Shown here: positions 38,674 to 48,803 of the stretch, in pieces
How positions within the stretch are numbered: the stretch's first letter is position 1
Layout: each line of letters starts with the position of its first letter
Source of the DNA: an uncultured Actinomycetes bacterium
GTDB taxonomy: Bacteria > Actinomycetota > UBA4738 > HRBIN12
Reading direction: 5' to 3'
Assembly (NCBI GenBank): GCA_963705545.1
Contig: CAVPJX010000001.1
Span: 1,443,377 to 1,507,376 of the forward strand
Length of the DNA: 64,000 nucleotides
The notes under the pieces: model-generated
What the model was told of the DNA's origin: nothing
The model's database searches: none
The model's input: only the letters and a program-made list of their open reading frames with translations
Made by a program: the position numbers and the translations under genes

Positions 38674-39637
38674 CGACGCCGACGCGCTCGCGCGTCCCCG
38701 CCGGCGATGGTGGCGTCGCGACGCCGACTCGATCGCGCGCGACACCGGCGTCCACTACCCGCGGTGGTTCTGGCCCTCGTTCGCCTTGCCCGGCGTCATC
38801 TGGTTGGCGATCTTCTTCATCCTGCCGATGTACACGGTGGTGTCGGTCGCGTTCGGGACGGTCGATCCGATCTTCCGCGGTCCGATCCCCGTCTACCAGC
38901 CCTGGTATTGGACGACCTCGGCGTTCGAGCAAGTCATCAGCCGGTTCATCGGTCCCGCCGCGTTCTGGCAACCGGTCCTCGTCCGTACGCTCTTGTTCGT
39001 CCTGGTGGCCAGCTTGATCTGCTTGGTGGTCGGATACGCGGTCGCCTACTACGTCGCCAGGTTCGGGGGGAAACGCAAGACCCTGTTGCTGATCCTGCTC
39101 ATCTCCCCGTTCTGGATCAGCTACTTGATGCGGATCTTCGCCTGGCAGAGCCTCCTGACCGTAGACGGTTGGGTGAACGACCTGCTGCTTGCCCTCCACC
39201 TGATCTCCGAGCCCGTGAACTGGCTCTCGGGTCGAGCGATCACCGTGGTCCTGTCGCTCGTCTACGGATATATCCCCTACATGATCCTGGTGCTCTTCGG
39301 CCAGCTCGACCGGATCAATCAGAGCCTGCTCGAAGCCGGCCGGGATCTCGGAGCCAGCCCCGCGCGCACCTTCCTCCGGGTGACCCTGCCCCTATCCCGA
39401 CAGGCGATCCTCGCGGGCCTGGTGATCGTCTCGCTGCCGATGTTCGGTGACTACTACACGAACGACCTCATGGGTGGGCCCCGGACCCGGATGTACGGGA
39501 ACCTGATCGACCGCGCGGTCAGCCAGGCCGGGCAAGGACCCCGCGCCGGCGCGCTCGTGATCCTGTTGATCCTGTTCCTGTTCATCCCCATGGGGTACTA
39601 CCTGCGATCGACGAAGCGCGCCGCGGAGGCACGATGA
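38666..39637 (+). CDS. potB: Polyamine ABC permease PotB
   Basis: PFWISYLMRIFAW, YGYIPYMIL and LLEAGRDLGASP (EAA loop) motifs. Confidence 0.88.
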   Translation: MRSDADALARPRRRWWRRDADSIARDTGVHYPRWFWPSFALPGVIWLAIFFILPMYTVVSVAFGTVDPIFRGPIPVYQPWYWTTSAFEQVISRFIGPAAFWQPVLVRTLLFVLVASLICLVVGYAVAYYVARFGGKRKTLLLILLISPFWISYLMRIFAWQSLLTVDGWVNDLLLALHLISEPVNWLSGRAITVVLSLVYGYIPYMILVLFGQLDRINQSLLEAGRDLGASPARTFLRVTLPLSRQAILAGLVIVSLPMFGDYYTNDLMGGPRTRMYGNLIDRAVSQAGQGPRAGALVILLILFLFIPMGYYLRSTKRAAEAR

Positions 39638-40570
39638 GCGATACGGCGATCAGGGGATCGACCCTGCCCTCGATCTCGACCCGGTCGAGCTCCGGTGGTT
39701 GGTTCCGCAACCCATGGCGGCGGCCCTGGGTGCTGGCGACCGTGACGTGGGGCTATCTCGCGTGGTCGATCCTTCCCGTCATCATCGCGATCATCTTCTC
39801 CTTCAACGCCGGACGATCGAGGAGCTCGTGGCAAGGGCTTCTCGTTTCGTTGGTGGTGGCAGGATCCTGACGACGCACTCTTCACGGATCCCGCGTTCCG
39901 CAACGCGATCCCGCAGAGCTTCAAGCTCTCGATCCTCACCGTCCTGATCGCCGTACCGCTCGGGACCCTGTTCGCGATCGGACTCGACCGCTGGCGCGGA
40001 CGGCCGGCGGCCGGCGCGAACTTCGCGATGCTGTTCGCCTTCGTCCTTCCCGAGATCGTGATCGGTGTCTCGATGTTCCTCGTGTTCACCTACCTGATGA
40101 ACGATCTCTTCGACCTCGGGACGCTCGCCCAGGTGATCGGGCTGGTGACCTATCAGATCTCCTATCCGGTGATCGTCGTCCGAGCACGATTACTCACGAT
40201 CCCGAAGGACTTCGAGGAGGCCGCGATGGATCTCGGCGCTTCACCCACGCGCGCGGTGCATCGGGTGCTCTTGCCCATGCTCTATCCGGCGGTCTTCGCC
40301 AGCGCGGCCCTGGTCTTCGCAGATGCGATCGACGACTTCGTCACGGTGAGATATCTCTGCGCGGCGCAGAACTGTCAGTCCCTGTCGATGATCATCTACG
40401 GCTCGGCGCGAGCTTCACCGACACCCGCGGTGAACGCCGCGGCGACGCTGATGCTCATCTCGACGCTGACCGTGGTCGGACTGGCTCTGGTCGTCTACCG
40501 GTTCATGACCCGGGGACAACGCACCGAGCAAGAGTCAGGGGTCAAGGAGTTCGTGAGCCTCAACATGTAA
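39634..40570 (+). CDS. potC: Polyamine ABC permease PotC with an apparent +1 frameshift at 39835-39837
   Basis: IIFSFNAGRSRSSWQG joins FSFRWWWQ...PEIVIG...EEAAMDLGASP...DDF if one G is removed from GGG. Confidence 0.82.
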
Positions 40571-40596
40571 CGGCAGGCCGGGAGCACCGACGCCTG

Positions 40597-41715
40597 CTAC
40601 CCGACCTCGAGCTCTTCGGCTTCCTGCGACTGGGGTCCGCTCGTGTCCTTGAGGACCCGCAGCGCCGATTCCGGCATCCGGACGGCAACGGCGGAGCCCT
40701 GCCGGAACGGGAGCTCACCGCCCTCGTTCGGAACCCAGGCTTGGACCCGCCCACCCGTCGCCAGGTTGACGAAGATGTGAAGGACGGACCCGACGTAGAC
40801 GACTCGCTCCACCATGCCGGGGACGCGATTCGGGCCGGGGTCGCCGGCGGCTCCGAGCTCGATGCGTTCGGGTCTGATCGTGATCTTCACCTCGCCCACC
40901 GCGTCGGTCTCGCCTTGGCCGGCCGTGAGCTCGAACTCACCCATCTCGAGCCGACATCCACCCGCTCCCGACCCGAGCGCCTTGGCGTCGAGCAGGTTCG
41001 AAACGCCGAGGAAGTCCGCGACGTACGTGGTCGCTGGCTCCTCGTAGATCTCCTCCGGCGGACCCACCTGTTCGACGAGCCCCTGAGACATCACGGCGAT
41101 CCGGTCGGACATCGTCAGGGCTTCCTCCTGGTCGTGGGTCACGTAGATGAACGTGATCCCGACGCGCTCCTGCAGGGCCTTCAGCTGGACCTGCAGGCCC
41201 TTGCGGAGCTTGGCGTCGAGCGCGCCGAGCGGCTCGTCCAACAGCAGCACGGCGGGGTTCAGGATCAGCGCCCGAGCGAGCGCCACGCGCTGTTGCTGCC
41301 CGCCTGAGAGCTGGGACGGCCGGCGCTTCGTGAACTGCGTCAGCTGGACGAGGTCGAGCGCGTCGCCGACCCGCTGCTTCGTCTCCTGCTTCGAGGCCTT
41401 CTGATAGCGCAGGCCGAACGCGACGTTCTCCTCGACGGAGAGGTGCGGGAACAGCGCGTAGTTCTGGAACACCGTGTTCACGTTGCGCTTGTGCGGCGGC
41501 ACCTGCGCGACGTCGACCCCGTCGAGGAGGATCTGCCCCTGGGTGGGCCGCTCGAAGCCGGCGATCATCCGCAGCGTCGTGGTCTTACCGCACCCGGACG
41601 GGCCGAGCATCGAGAAGAACTCGCCCGACGGCATCTGAAGATTGATGCCGGCCACCGCGGTGAACTCGCCGAAGCGCTTCACCAGGTCGACGAGCTGAAC
41701 CTCTCCCCCCGCCAT
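40597..41715 (-). CDS. potA: Polyamine ABC ATPase PotA, convergent to potDBC
   Basis: [46 protein letters not shown] and THDQEEAL motifs; TOBE-like C-terminus. Confidence 0.92.
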   Translation of the reverse strand: MAGGEVQLVDLVKRFGEFTAVAGINLQMPSGEFFSMLGPSGCGKTTTLRMIAGFERPTQGQILLDGVDVAQVPPHKRNVNTVFQNYALFPHLSVEENVAFGLRYQKASKQETKQRVGDALDLVQLTQFTKRRPSQLSGGQQQRVALARALILNPAVLLLDEPLGALDAKLRKGLQVQLKALQERVGITFIYVTHDQEEALTMSDRIAVMSQGLVEQVGPPEEIYEEPATTYVADFLGVSNLLDAKALGSGAGGCRLEMGEFELTAGQGETDAVGEVKITIRPERIELGAAGDPGPNRVPGMVERVVYVGSVLHIFVNLATGGRVQAWVPNEGGELPFRQGSAVAVRMPESALRVLKDTSGPQSQEAEELEVG

Positions 41716-41793
41716 CGCCCGCGCAGCATGCCTGACGCCCGGTCCGCCGGTCAAGGTTGACCCACCGTTCAGGCCGTGTGGCAGGATGCCGTG

Positions 41794-42996
41794 ATGGCGG
41801 CCGGCGCTGGCGATCGCACCGACCCCGTGCCGGTTGTCCGGTTCCGCCGCGAGATCCTGCCCCTGCTCGCCGGCTATTGGTCGTTCGGTCAGTTCTGGGG
41901 CGTGTGGGTCATCCTCGTGTTCGAGTTCCAGCGCGACCGAGGCATCTCCGATCCCCGCCTCGGCATCGACTACACCGCGATCTCGATCACGGCCGTCGTC
42001 GTGATGCTGTTCCTCGCCCCCCGTCTACAGACGCTGCCGCTCCGCATCAGCGTGCCGGCGTCGCTCGCCACGCTCGCCGTCGCGACCGTAGCCGTGGCGT
42101 TCATCCCGGACGCCGGACTCCCACTGGCGTTCGTGCTGATCGGCCTGGGCAACGGCCTGATCGACGTCTACCTGAACGTCGCCGCGCAACGGTTGGAGGT
42201 GCGCTCGCACCGGCCCGTCCTGCAATGGTTGCACGCCTCCTACGCCCTCGGTGGGGTGACCGGAGCCACGATCGCCGGCGCGCTCCGGTTCGCGGACCTC
42301 GACTACCGGCTGGGGTTCGCGATCGAGGCCGTCGCCCTCCTCGCGACCGCCGCCTGGACCGCCGCGACGGTCACCCGCGAGCCGCCCGCCGCGGCCGTCC
42401 GGACGTCGATGGCGCTCTCGCCGCTGTTCCGGACGCCCGCGCTGTGGATCCCGGCCCTGATCGTGATGGCGACGTTCCTCGTGGAGGGCTCGATGGACGT
42501 GTGGTCTGGCCTGTACCTCCGCGACCAGCTCGGTGCGTCGGCCGCCGTCGCCGCGGCGGCGTTCGTCGCGTTCGCCGGCGCCGCGTTCGTTGGGCGCCTC
42601 GTGGCGAGCCGCGTGCTCTTCGGGCGCGGTCGCCGCACCACGATCATCCTGGCGGGAACGGGGGCCGCCGTTTCCGGGCTGATCGCGGTCCTCACCGACA
42701 GCGTCCTCGTCGTCGGCGCGGCGTTCCTGCTGCTGGGGTTCACGATCTCCGCGGCGTCGCCCGCCGCGTTCGGCCTGGTCGAGGAGATCTCGCCGGCGGA
42801 CGACCAAGCGAACGCCTTGGCCGCGGTCACGACCGTGGGCTACACCGGGTTCATCTGGAGCCCACCGCTCCTGGGCTGGCTGGCGCAAGCGTTCAGCCTC
42901 CGCGCCGCGATGGCGACGATCGTGATCGCCGCGCTCGGGATCGTGGCCGGCGGGCTGGCCGCGCCCCGGGGGCTGGCCGCGCCCCGCGTGCGGTAG
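41794..42996 (+). CDS. MFS transporter
   Basis: About 12 TM segments; GLIDVYLN...LHASYALG and EGSMDVWSGLYL motifs. Confidence 0.85.
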   Translation: MAAGAGDRTDPVPVVRFRREILPLLAGYWSFGQFWGVWVILVFEFQRDRGISDPRLGIDYTAISITAVVVMLFLAPRLQTLPLRISVPASLATLAVATVAVAFIPDAGLPLAFVLIGLGNGLIDVYLNVAAQRLEVRSHRPVLQWLHASYALGGVTGATIAGALRFADLDYRLGFAIEAVALLATAAWTAATVTREPPAAAVRTSMALSPLFRTPALWIPALIVMATFLVEGSMDVWSGLYLRDQLGASAAVAAAAFVAFAGAAFVGRLVASRVLFGRGRRTTIILAGTGAAVSGLIAVLTDSVLVVGAAFLLLGFTISAASPAAFGLVEEISPADDQANALAAVTTVGYTGFIWSPPLLGWLAQAFSLRAAMATIVIAALGIVAGGLAAPRGLAAPRVR

Positions 42997-43380
42997 CTAC
43001 TTCAGGTTCACGTTGATGTGCTTCGTCTCCAGGTAGTCATCGAGCCCCTCGCGGCCGAGCTCGCGGCCGATTCCCGACTGCTTGTAACCACCTCACGGCG
43101 ACTCGGTCGGTGCTGGCTGCGTGTCGTTGATCCACGCGATCGCCGGCGCGACCTTCTGCACCGCCATCATCATCGGGTCGTTCCAAGGCGTGATCGCGGC
43201 CGCCACGCCGACCGGCTCCTTCACGACGAGCGACAGCGCGTCGGGGCGAACCGGCGGGATGTCGCCGTAGATCTTCGTCGCCCGGCCGCCGTAGTACTCG
43301 AGCATGAAGGCGACCTCGGCGATGTCCTCATGCGCCGCGTCGATCGCGGCCTCGACGTCCGCCGACTGAGAGTTCGGTAG
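42997..43380 (-). pseudogene. Internally deleted aldehyde dehydrogenase pseudogene
   Basis: One frame reads ADVEAAIDAA | EDIAEVAFMLEYYGG...KEPVGVAAAITPWNDP....QKVAPAIA | WIND...[32 protein letters not shown]; no start codon, internal TGA at 43093, catalytic core missing. Confidence 0.85.
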
Positions 43381-43391
43381 TCCGTGACGGA

Positions 43392-44219
43392 CTAGTGGGC
43401 GGGGGGCTCGGGATCGGGCGGCGCCATCCCTATCCCCCAGGCGTCGGCTCCACCATCGACGACCACGGTGGTCCCGGTGATGTACCCGCCGCCGGCCGAC
43501 GCCAGGAAGGCGATCGTCGCGGCGACCTCCTCCGGCGAACCCGCTCGTCGCATCGGGACCTGCGCGGCGAACGCGTCCACGACGTCCTGGCCGCCGTACT
43601 GCAACACCCCCTCGGTCTGGATCAACCCCGCGGCGATGCACACGGCCCGGATCCCGTACTTCGACCACTCGAGCGCGATCCCCGACGCGAACGTCTCGAG
43701 CGCCGATCGCGCCATCGACGCGTGCACCATCGACGGCATCCCGCGTCGAGGACTGAACCCCAGGAACGCGATGAACCCGGATCGCTGCGGGATCATCCAA
43801 CGCGACGCGACCCGCTCGGTCACGTCGAACGACCCGTCCACGTTCAGGCGATGGACCGCGCGGAGCCCTTTGAGCGGGATGTCCTCGAGTGGCGCCGCGA
43901 ACTGCCCCCCGGCGTTGTTCACCAGGATGTCGACCCGTCCGAACCGCTCGTCGATCAGGTCCAGGAACGCGGCCACCTGATCCGGCTCGCGGACGTCCGT
44001 CTGAACGGCGAGGCAGTCCGACCCACCGGCGACGATCTCGTCGCGGACCGCCTCGAGGGGCTCGGCCCGCCTCCCGCAGATCGCGACCGACGCGCCCGTA
44101 GCCGCCAGCTCGCGAGCCGTGGCGCGGCCGATGCCCGTGCCCCCGCCGGTCACGATCGCCACCCGGTCCGCGTTCGCGTCCGGGGCCAGGGGCGATCGGA
44201 AGGGGCGGCGGTCGATCAC
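43392..44219 (-). CDS. SDR family oxidoreductase (2,4-dienoyl-CoA/trans-2-enoyl-CoA reductase-like)
   Basis: VTGGGTGIG, LVNNAGGQF, EWSKYGIR and YITGTTVVVDGG motifs; HASMAR in place of YxxxK. Confidence 0.88.
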   Translation of the reverse strand: MIDRRPFRSPLAPDANADRVAIVTGGGTGIGRATARELAATGASVAICGRRAEPLEAVRDEIVAGGSDCLAVQTDVREPDQVAAFLDLIDERFGRVDILVNNAGGQFAAPLEDIPLKGLRAVHRLNVDGSFDVTERVASRWMIPQRSGFIAFLGFSPRRGMPSMVHASMARSALETFASGIALEWSKYGIRAVCIAAGLIQTEGVLQYGGQDVVDAFAAQVPMRRAGSPEEVAATIAFLASAGGGYITGTTVVVDGGADAWGIGMAPPDPEPPAH

Positions 44220-44273
44220 ACCGACGAGTATGCCGGACGACGTGGTCCGCGGGTTCGCGACGATACTCGTAGG

Positions 44274-44516
44274 ATGAGTGGGATGGGATGGCTGCTCCTG
44301 ATCCTCGTCCTGATCGCCGCGGCGTTCGGCGTGCTCGGCGCCGTGATCAAGGCCACGGTGTTCGTCGTGCTGACGATCATCTTCGTGGTGCTTACGTTCG
44401 CGGTGATCGCGTACCTCGTCTTCAAGCAGCAGGCGCAGAAGATGCAGGAGCAGTTCGAGCGCCGGCTGCAGCCGCCGAAGACCGACTATCCGCCCGGACG
44501 CGACGACCGCTACTGA
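44274..44516 (+). CDS. Small two-TM membrane protein
   Basis: MSGMGWLLLILVLIAAAFGVLGAVIKATVFVVLTIIFVV...; ATG 6 nt after GATACT. Confidence 0.7.
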   Translation: MSGMGWLLLILVLIAAAFGVLGAVIKATVFVVLTIIFVVLTFAVIAYLVFKQQAQKMQEQFERRLQPPKTDYPPGRDDRY

Positions 44517-44710
44517 TCCGGGGCGGGCGCCCCCGGGTGCTGTTTGAGGAACCGCGCGAGCTCCAGCACACGCTCGCGATCCTCGGGTGCGAGCGGGGCG
44601 AGTAGCGCACGGAGCTCCTCAACCGAGGCCAGCAGCAGGCGGGTCTCCTGCAGGTCGGGGTCCTCGTCCCACTCGGAGCCCGTCTCGGGTCCCTCCGTAT
44701 CGTCGCCCAT
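44510..44710 (-). CDS. Small acidic hypothetical protein (66 aa)
   Basis: Protein-like composition (acidic N-terminus, amphipathic helices LAPEDRERVLELARFL); fills the gap between genes. Confidence 0.55.
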   Translation of the reverse strand: MGDDTEGPETGSEWDEDPDLQETRLLLASVEELRALLAPLAPEDRERVLELARFLKQHPGAPAPDQ

Positions 44711-44777
44711 AACCCGGATGGAACCACATCCGCCGGTCGCTTGGGAGCCTCCCGGGCGAGAACGGGTGCCGAAGCCG

Positions 44778-45191
44778 TCAGGCGCTTGGATCCTCTCGTC
44801 GCCACCCAGCCACGAACCACACGGTTCCTCGACCGATCAACAGGAACGTCAGCGTGAACAGCATCGAGACCGCGAGGAACGCGAGGAAGCGTCCCGGCTC
44901 GTCGGGGGACCCGACGATCAGCGACCGTACCGCCACGCCGGCGGGGACCGCCACGAGCCAGGTCCGGAGCAGCGGGGCGAGCCCTCGGCGTCGATACAGG
45001 CGCAGGAGGATCGCCGCGCCGAACCAGGCCGCCAGCAACGGGATCGCGTTCCGGAGGAAGATCGCGAGCTGCGACGCCTCCTGATGTCGCTCCATCCCCA
45101 CCAGGACGAACACGATCAGCGCGAGGGCGTCGGACACGACGAGCGCGGGCGTGGAGAGCGGTTCCGTGTCTCGCCGGGCAGCGGCTCGCAT
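44778..45191 (-). CDS. DUF3054-like membrane protein
   Basis: D.LALIVFVLVGM..H, P.L.AW and TWLVAVP.G...R patterns; four TM segments. Confidence 0.75.
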   Translation of the reverse strand: MRAAARRDTEPLSTPALVVSDALALIVFVLVGMERHQEASQLAIFLRNAIPLLAAWFGAAILLRLYRRRGLAPLLRTWLVAVPAGVAVRSLIVGSPDEPGRFLAFLAVSMLFTLTFLLIGRGTVWFVAGWRREDPSA

Positions 45192-45225
45192 CGCCTCATC
45201 ATCTCAAGCGCCGTACGCTCGCCGC

Positions 45226-45963
45226 ATGTCGACGTACTCATCGTCGAAGCGTGACCCGGAAGGCTCGCCCGCGCCCGCGACCACCAGGGCGGGTACCCTG
45301 CTGGGGGAGCTCCGAGGCGTCGCCGATCCGACGCGTCTGCCGGGCATGGCGCGCGTCAGGATCACGATCGATCGCGCGCTCGGCGTCCCGATCCCCACGC
45401 TCCGACGGATCGCCCGCGTGCATCGCGGCGATCATGCGCTAGCGATCGCGCTGTGGGACTCGGGCGTGCACGAAGCGCGGATCCTCGCCTCCATGATCGA
45501 CGACCCCGCCCGGGTGACGGCCGAGCAGATGGAGGCCTGGGCCGTCGCGTTCGACTCGTGGGACGTGTGCGACCAGGTGACCGGCAACCTGTTCACGCGC
45601 ACGGCCGACCCGCTCCGGACCGCGCGCGCGTGGACCGCCCGCCCCGAGCCGTTCGTCCGTCGAGCCGGGTTCGCGATGATCGCAGAGCTGGCCCACCGCG
45701 ATCGCGCGTCGAGCGACGCGGTATGGGAGCGGCAGCTCCCCCTGATCCGGCGAGCGGCGACCGACGAGCGCAACGTCGTGAAGAAGGCGGTGAGCTGGGC
45801 GCTCCGGCAGATCGGGAAGCGGAACCTGTACCTCAACGGCCGGGCGATCGCTCAGGCGGAGGCGCTCCTCACCCTCGATGCTCGGAGCGCGCGTTGGATC
45901 GCACGGGACGCCCTCCGCGAGCTTCGGAGCGACGCCGTCCGGTCGAGGCTCCGCGAGGACTAG
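45226..45963 (+). CDS. DNA alkylation repair protein (AlkD-like)
   Basis: LGVPIPTLR, HEARILA, FDSWDVCD, EPFVRRAGF and DERNVVKKAVSWALRQIGKRN motifs. Confidence 0.88.
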   Translation: MSTYSSSKRDPEGSPAPATTRAGTLLGELRGVADPTRLPGMARVRITIDRALGVPIPTLRRIARVHRGDHALAIALWDSGVHEARILASMIDDPARVTAEQMEAWAVAFDSWDVCDQVTGNLFTRTADPLRTARAWTARPEPFVRRAGFAMIAELAHRDRASSDAVWERQLPLIRRAATDERNVVKKAVSWALRQIGKRNLYLNGRAIAQAEALLTLDARSARWIARDALRELRSDAVRSRLRED

Positions 45964-46355
45964 CCCGCTGCGGAGCCGAGCACCGCCTCGGCCTCGAACT
46001 CGACCTTCCAACGTGGGTCCAGGAACCCCGCCACGACGACCATGGTCGAGGCGGGACGGACGGTGCCGAAGACGGCGCCGAGCCTGGCCGCAACCGACTC
46101 CCAGTCGGACGCGTCGGTGAGGTACGTCCGGGTCCGCACCACGTCGCCCCAGGTCGCACCCGCCGACTCCAACGCGGCCGCGACGATCTCGAGGCACCGG
46201 GCGATCTGCTCGCCCGGATCGGGATCGACCTCGCCGTCCGGGCGGATCGGCGCGGTGCCGGACACGAGGACCCGGTCTCCGACGCGGATCGCGCGGCTGA
46301 AGCCGATCACCGGTTCGAACGGGGAACCCGACGAGATCAGCCGACGTTCGGTCAC
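45960..46355 (-). CDS. RidA family protein
   Basis: SGSPFEPVIGFSRAIRVG, VSGT, DVVRTR, RPASTMV and VEFEAEA motifs. Confidence 0.9.
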   Translation of the reverse strand: MTERRLISSGSPFEPVIGFSRAIRVGDRVLVSGTAPIRPDGEVDPDPGEQIARCLEIVAAALESAGATWGDVVRTRTYLTDASDWESVAARLGAVFGTVRPASTMVVVAGFLDPRWKVEFEAEAVLGSAAG

Positions 46356-46375
46356 GACGGCACCCTAGACGAGGA

Positions 46376-46409
46376 ACGGACCGGGGAGCGCGGGCGCTCC
46401 CCGGTCCGT
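46376..46409 (-). terminator. Intrinsic terminator hairpin after the MMPL gene
   Basis: ACGGACCGGGGAGCG-CGGG-CGCTCCCCGGTCCGT, perfect 15-bp stem, 15 nt past the MMPL stop. Confidence 0.75.
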
Positions 46410-46423
46410 CGCGTGACGTCCGG

Positions 46424-48760
46424 CTACTGTTGCTCCCGGGCCTCGACCAGCTCGGCAGGCGAGTCCGGCACCGAGAGCGTGTGCGCGGCCTCGTGTCCCT
46501 CCACGTCGAGCTTCGGCAGCCACTGCAGCCACTTCGGCAGATACCAATTGCGGTCCCCGAGCAGCTTCATGGCTGAAGGGACCAGGATCGATCGCACGAC
46601 CGTGGCATCGAGGAACACGGCCACGGCCAGACCGAAGCCCATCTGCTCGAGGCCCGCGATCCGACCGCTCGCGAAGGCGGCGAACACAGCGACCATGATC
46701 ACGGCGGCGCCCGTGATGATGCCACCGGTGGTCCGCAGGCCGAAGGCCACCGCCTCGGAGTTGTCGCCGGACTTGTCGTACTCCTCGCGGATCCGGGTCA
46801 GCAGGAAGACCTGGTAGTCCATCGACAGGCCGAACAGGATGGAGAAGAGGAACAACGGCAGCCAGGATTCGATCGCGTCGACGCGGATGAACCCGAGGTG
46901 GTCGGCGATCCAACCGGCCCACGACGGACCGCCCTTCTGGAAGATCAACACGATCAGCCCGTACGCGGCGCCCACCGACAACAGGTTCATCACGATGGCC
47001 TTCGCCGGCACCACGACCGACCGGAACACCACCGTCAGCAGCATGAACGACAGCGAGAGCACGAGCAGGATGATGATCGGCGTGTACTGATCGGAGATGT
47101 CGAAGAAGTCCTTGACGATCGCCGTGTCGCCGCCGACGAGCACGCCCGAGTCTGCGCCGAAGGCTAGAGGGACGTACGTGTCCCGCATCTCGGTGATCGC
47201 GGCCACCGCGATCTCGTTCGACGCGTCAGCCGCCTCGCCGGCCATCGGGAACCGCACGAGCGTCACGGTGCCGTCCGTGCTCGTCTGCGGCGGCAGGGGC
47301 TCGGAGAAGGAGGGGTCGTCCGAGGCGGCCGCCTCCAACGCCTCGATCCCTTGCTGCACGCCGGTGTCGGATGACGACCCAGGGATCACGACGTCCGCGG
47401 TCGCCTGACCGCCACCGCTCTCAGGGAACTTCGCGATCAACGTGTCGAAGGCGTCCTTCGTCTGGATCCCGTCCGGGATCGTGGCGATGCCCGAGAACCC
47501 CAGCTTGATCCCACGCCCGTCGTCCTCGGGGTGCGCCTGCGCCCAATAAGGGAAGGACAGCAGGATCATGAAGCTGGCCGTGAGCACCAGCCACAAGACC
47601 GGTCGCGCCATCACGCCGCGTGTCACGGTGTCCCAGAACCCCCCGGCCCGACCGTGCTCCAGCGTTCGGCCCCGCCCGAAGACCCGTCCCGGCTTCACGA
47701 GGTGGTCCGAGAACAGCGCCATGAGCGCGGGCAGCAAGGACATGGACAGGGCGATCGAGACGAGGACGACGAGGATCGCGCCGCCGGCGAGTCCGCGGAA
47801 GATGGTGGTCGGTACGAGCAGCATGCCGGCGAGCGCCAGCACGACCGTGATCCCGCTGAAGAACACGGCACGGTTCGCCGTCGCCCCCGACCTTCCGATC
47901 GCCTCGAGGTTGTCACGTCCTCGTGCGCGCTCCTCGCGGTACCTCGACACGATGAACAGCGAGTAGTCGATCCCGACCGCCAACCCCATCATGGAGATCA
48001 GGTTCGGCACGAAGAAGCTGAACCGCCAGAACTGGCCGATCAGCCCGACCAGCCCGAGCGCGGTGACGATCGCGAAGATCCCCAAGATGATCGGCGTGAC
48101 GCCCGCGAGCAGCGATCCGAACACGATCAGCAGCACGATGATCGCGGCGAAGATGCCGATCGCGTCGCCCCTCTTGAAGTCCTCTTCCGAGATCTTCTTG
48201 AAGTCGTCGGTGGAGCTCGGCTCCCCCAGCATGAACAGCTCCGTGTCACCGGTGGTGTAGCGCTCGCGGATCGTGTTGAGGTCCTCGACGATCGACGCCG
48301 TCTGATCGGTGTCCGAAACGAGGATGGCGGTGAACAGGACCGCGCTCCCATCCTCTGACGGGATCGGACCGAGCGCGGCTACCGCCGGATCCGCCGCGTC
48401 CTCTTCGGAAAGCGGGAACGCGGACGGGACGCTGAGCACGACGTTCGGATCGAGGCCTCGGAGGTCGTCGAGCGCCGCGTTGACTTCCTCGGCGAAGGCG
48501 GGATCGGCGACCGCCCCTTCACCTCCCACCATCACGAACGTCTCCGGCGAGACGTCCTGCTCGAGCTTCGCCGCCTCGAGGAGCTTCTGGGCCCGGATCG
48601 CCTCCGGGTTGTTCGTGAAGTCGAAGTCGTTCGTCAGCGCCGGGCTGAGCAGCGTGCTCATCGCCGCGAACCCTGCGATCAGGATGGCCGCCCAGATCCC
48701 GACGGTCCTCCACGGGTGGCGGCTGCTCGCCCGGGCCAGAGCCTCAGGATTGATCCTCAC
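46424..48760 (-). CDS. MMPL family (RND) transporter
   Basis: GLAVGIDYSLFIVSRYREE, FGLSMDYQVFLLTRIRE and DATVVRSILVP motifs. Confidence 0.95.
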   Translation of the reverse strand: MRINPEALARASSRHPWRTVGIWAAILIAGFAAMSTLLSPALTNDFDFTNNPEAIRAQKLLEAAKLEQDVSPETFVMVGGEGAVADPAFAEEVNAALDDLRGLDPNVVLSVPSAFPLSEEDAADPAVAALGPIPSEDGSAVLFTAILVSDTDQTASIVEDLNTIRERYTTGDTELFMLGEPSSTDDFKKISEEDFKRGDAIGIFAAIIVLLIVFGSLLAGVTPIILGIFAIVTALGLVGLIGQFWRFSFFVPNLISMMGLAVGIDYSLFIVSRYREERARGRDNLEAIGRSGATANRAVFFSGITVVLALAGMLLVPTTIFRGLAGGAILVVLVSIALSMSLLPALMALFSDHLVKPGRVFGRGRTLEHGRAGGFWDTVTRGVMARPVLWLVLTASFMILLSFPYWAQAHPEDDGRGIKLGFSGIATIPDGIQTKDAFDTLIAKFPESGGGQATADVVIPGSSSDTGVQQGIEALEAAASDDPSFSEPLPPQTSTDGTVTLVRFPMAGEAADASNEIAVAAITEMRDTYVPLAFGADSGVLVGGDTAIVKDFFDISDQYTPIIILLVLSLSFMLLTVVFRSVVVPAKAIVMNLLSVGAAYGLIVLIFQKGGPSWAGWIADHLGFIRVDAIESWLPLFLFSILFGLSMDYQVFLLTRIREEYDKSGDNSEAVAFGLRTTGGIITGAAVIMVAVFAAFASGRIAGLEQMGFGLAVAVFLDATVVRSILVPSAMKLLGDRNWYLPKWLQWLPKLDVEGHEAAHTLSVPDSPAELVEAREQQ

Positions 48761-48803
48761 GGTGCCCCCTTCCGTTCCGGCCCCTCGGCAGCGGCCGATG
48801 TCC

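Noticed and set aside
43093-43095. In-frame TGA in the ALDH remnant as selenocysteine or Trp recoding
   Set aside because: The gene has no start and lacks its catalytic core, and TGA is a normal stop throughout the window.
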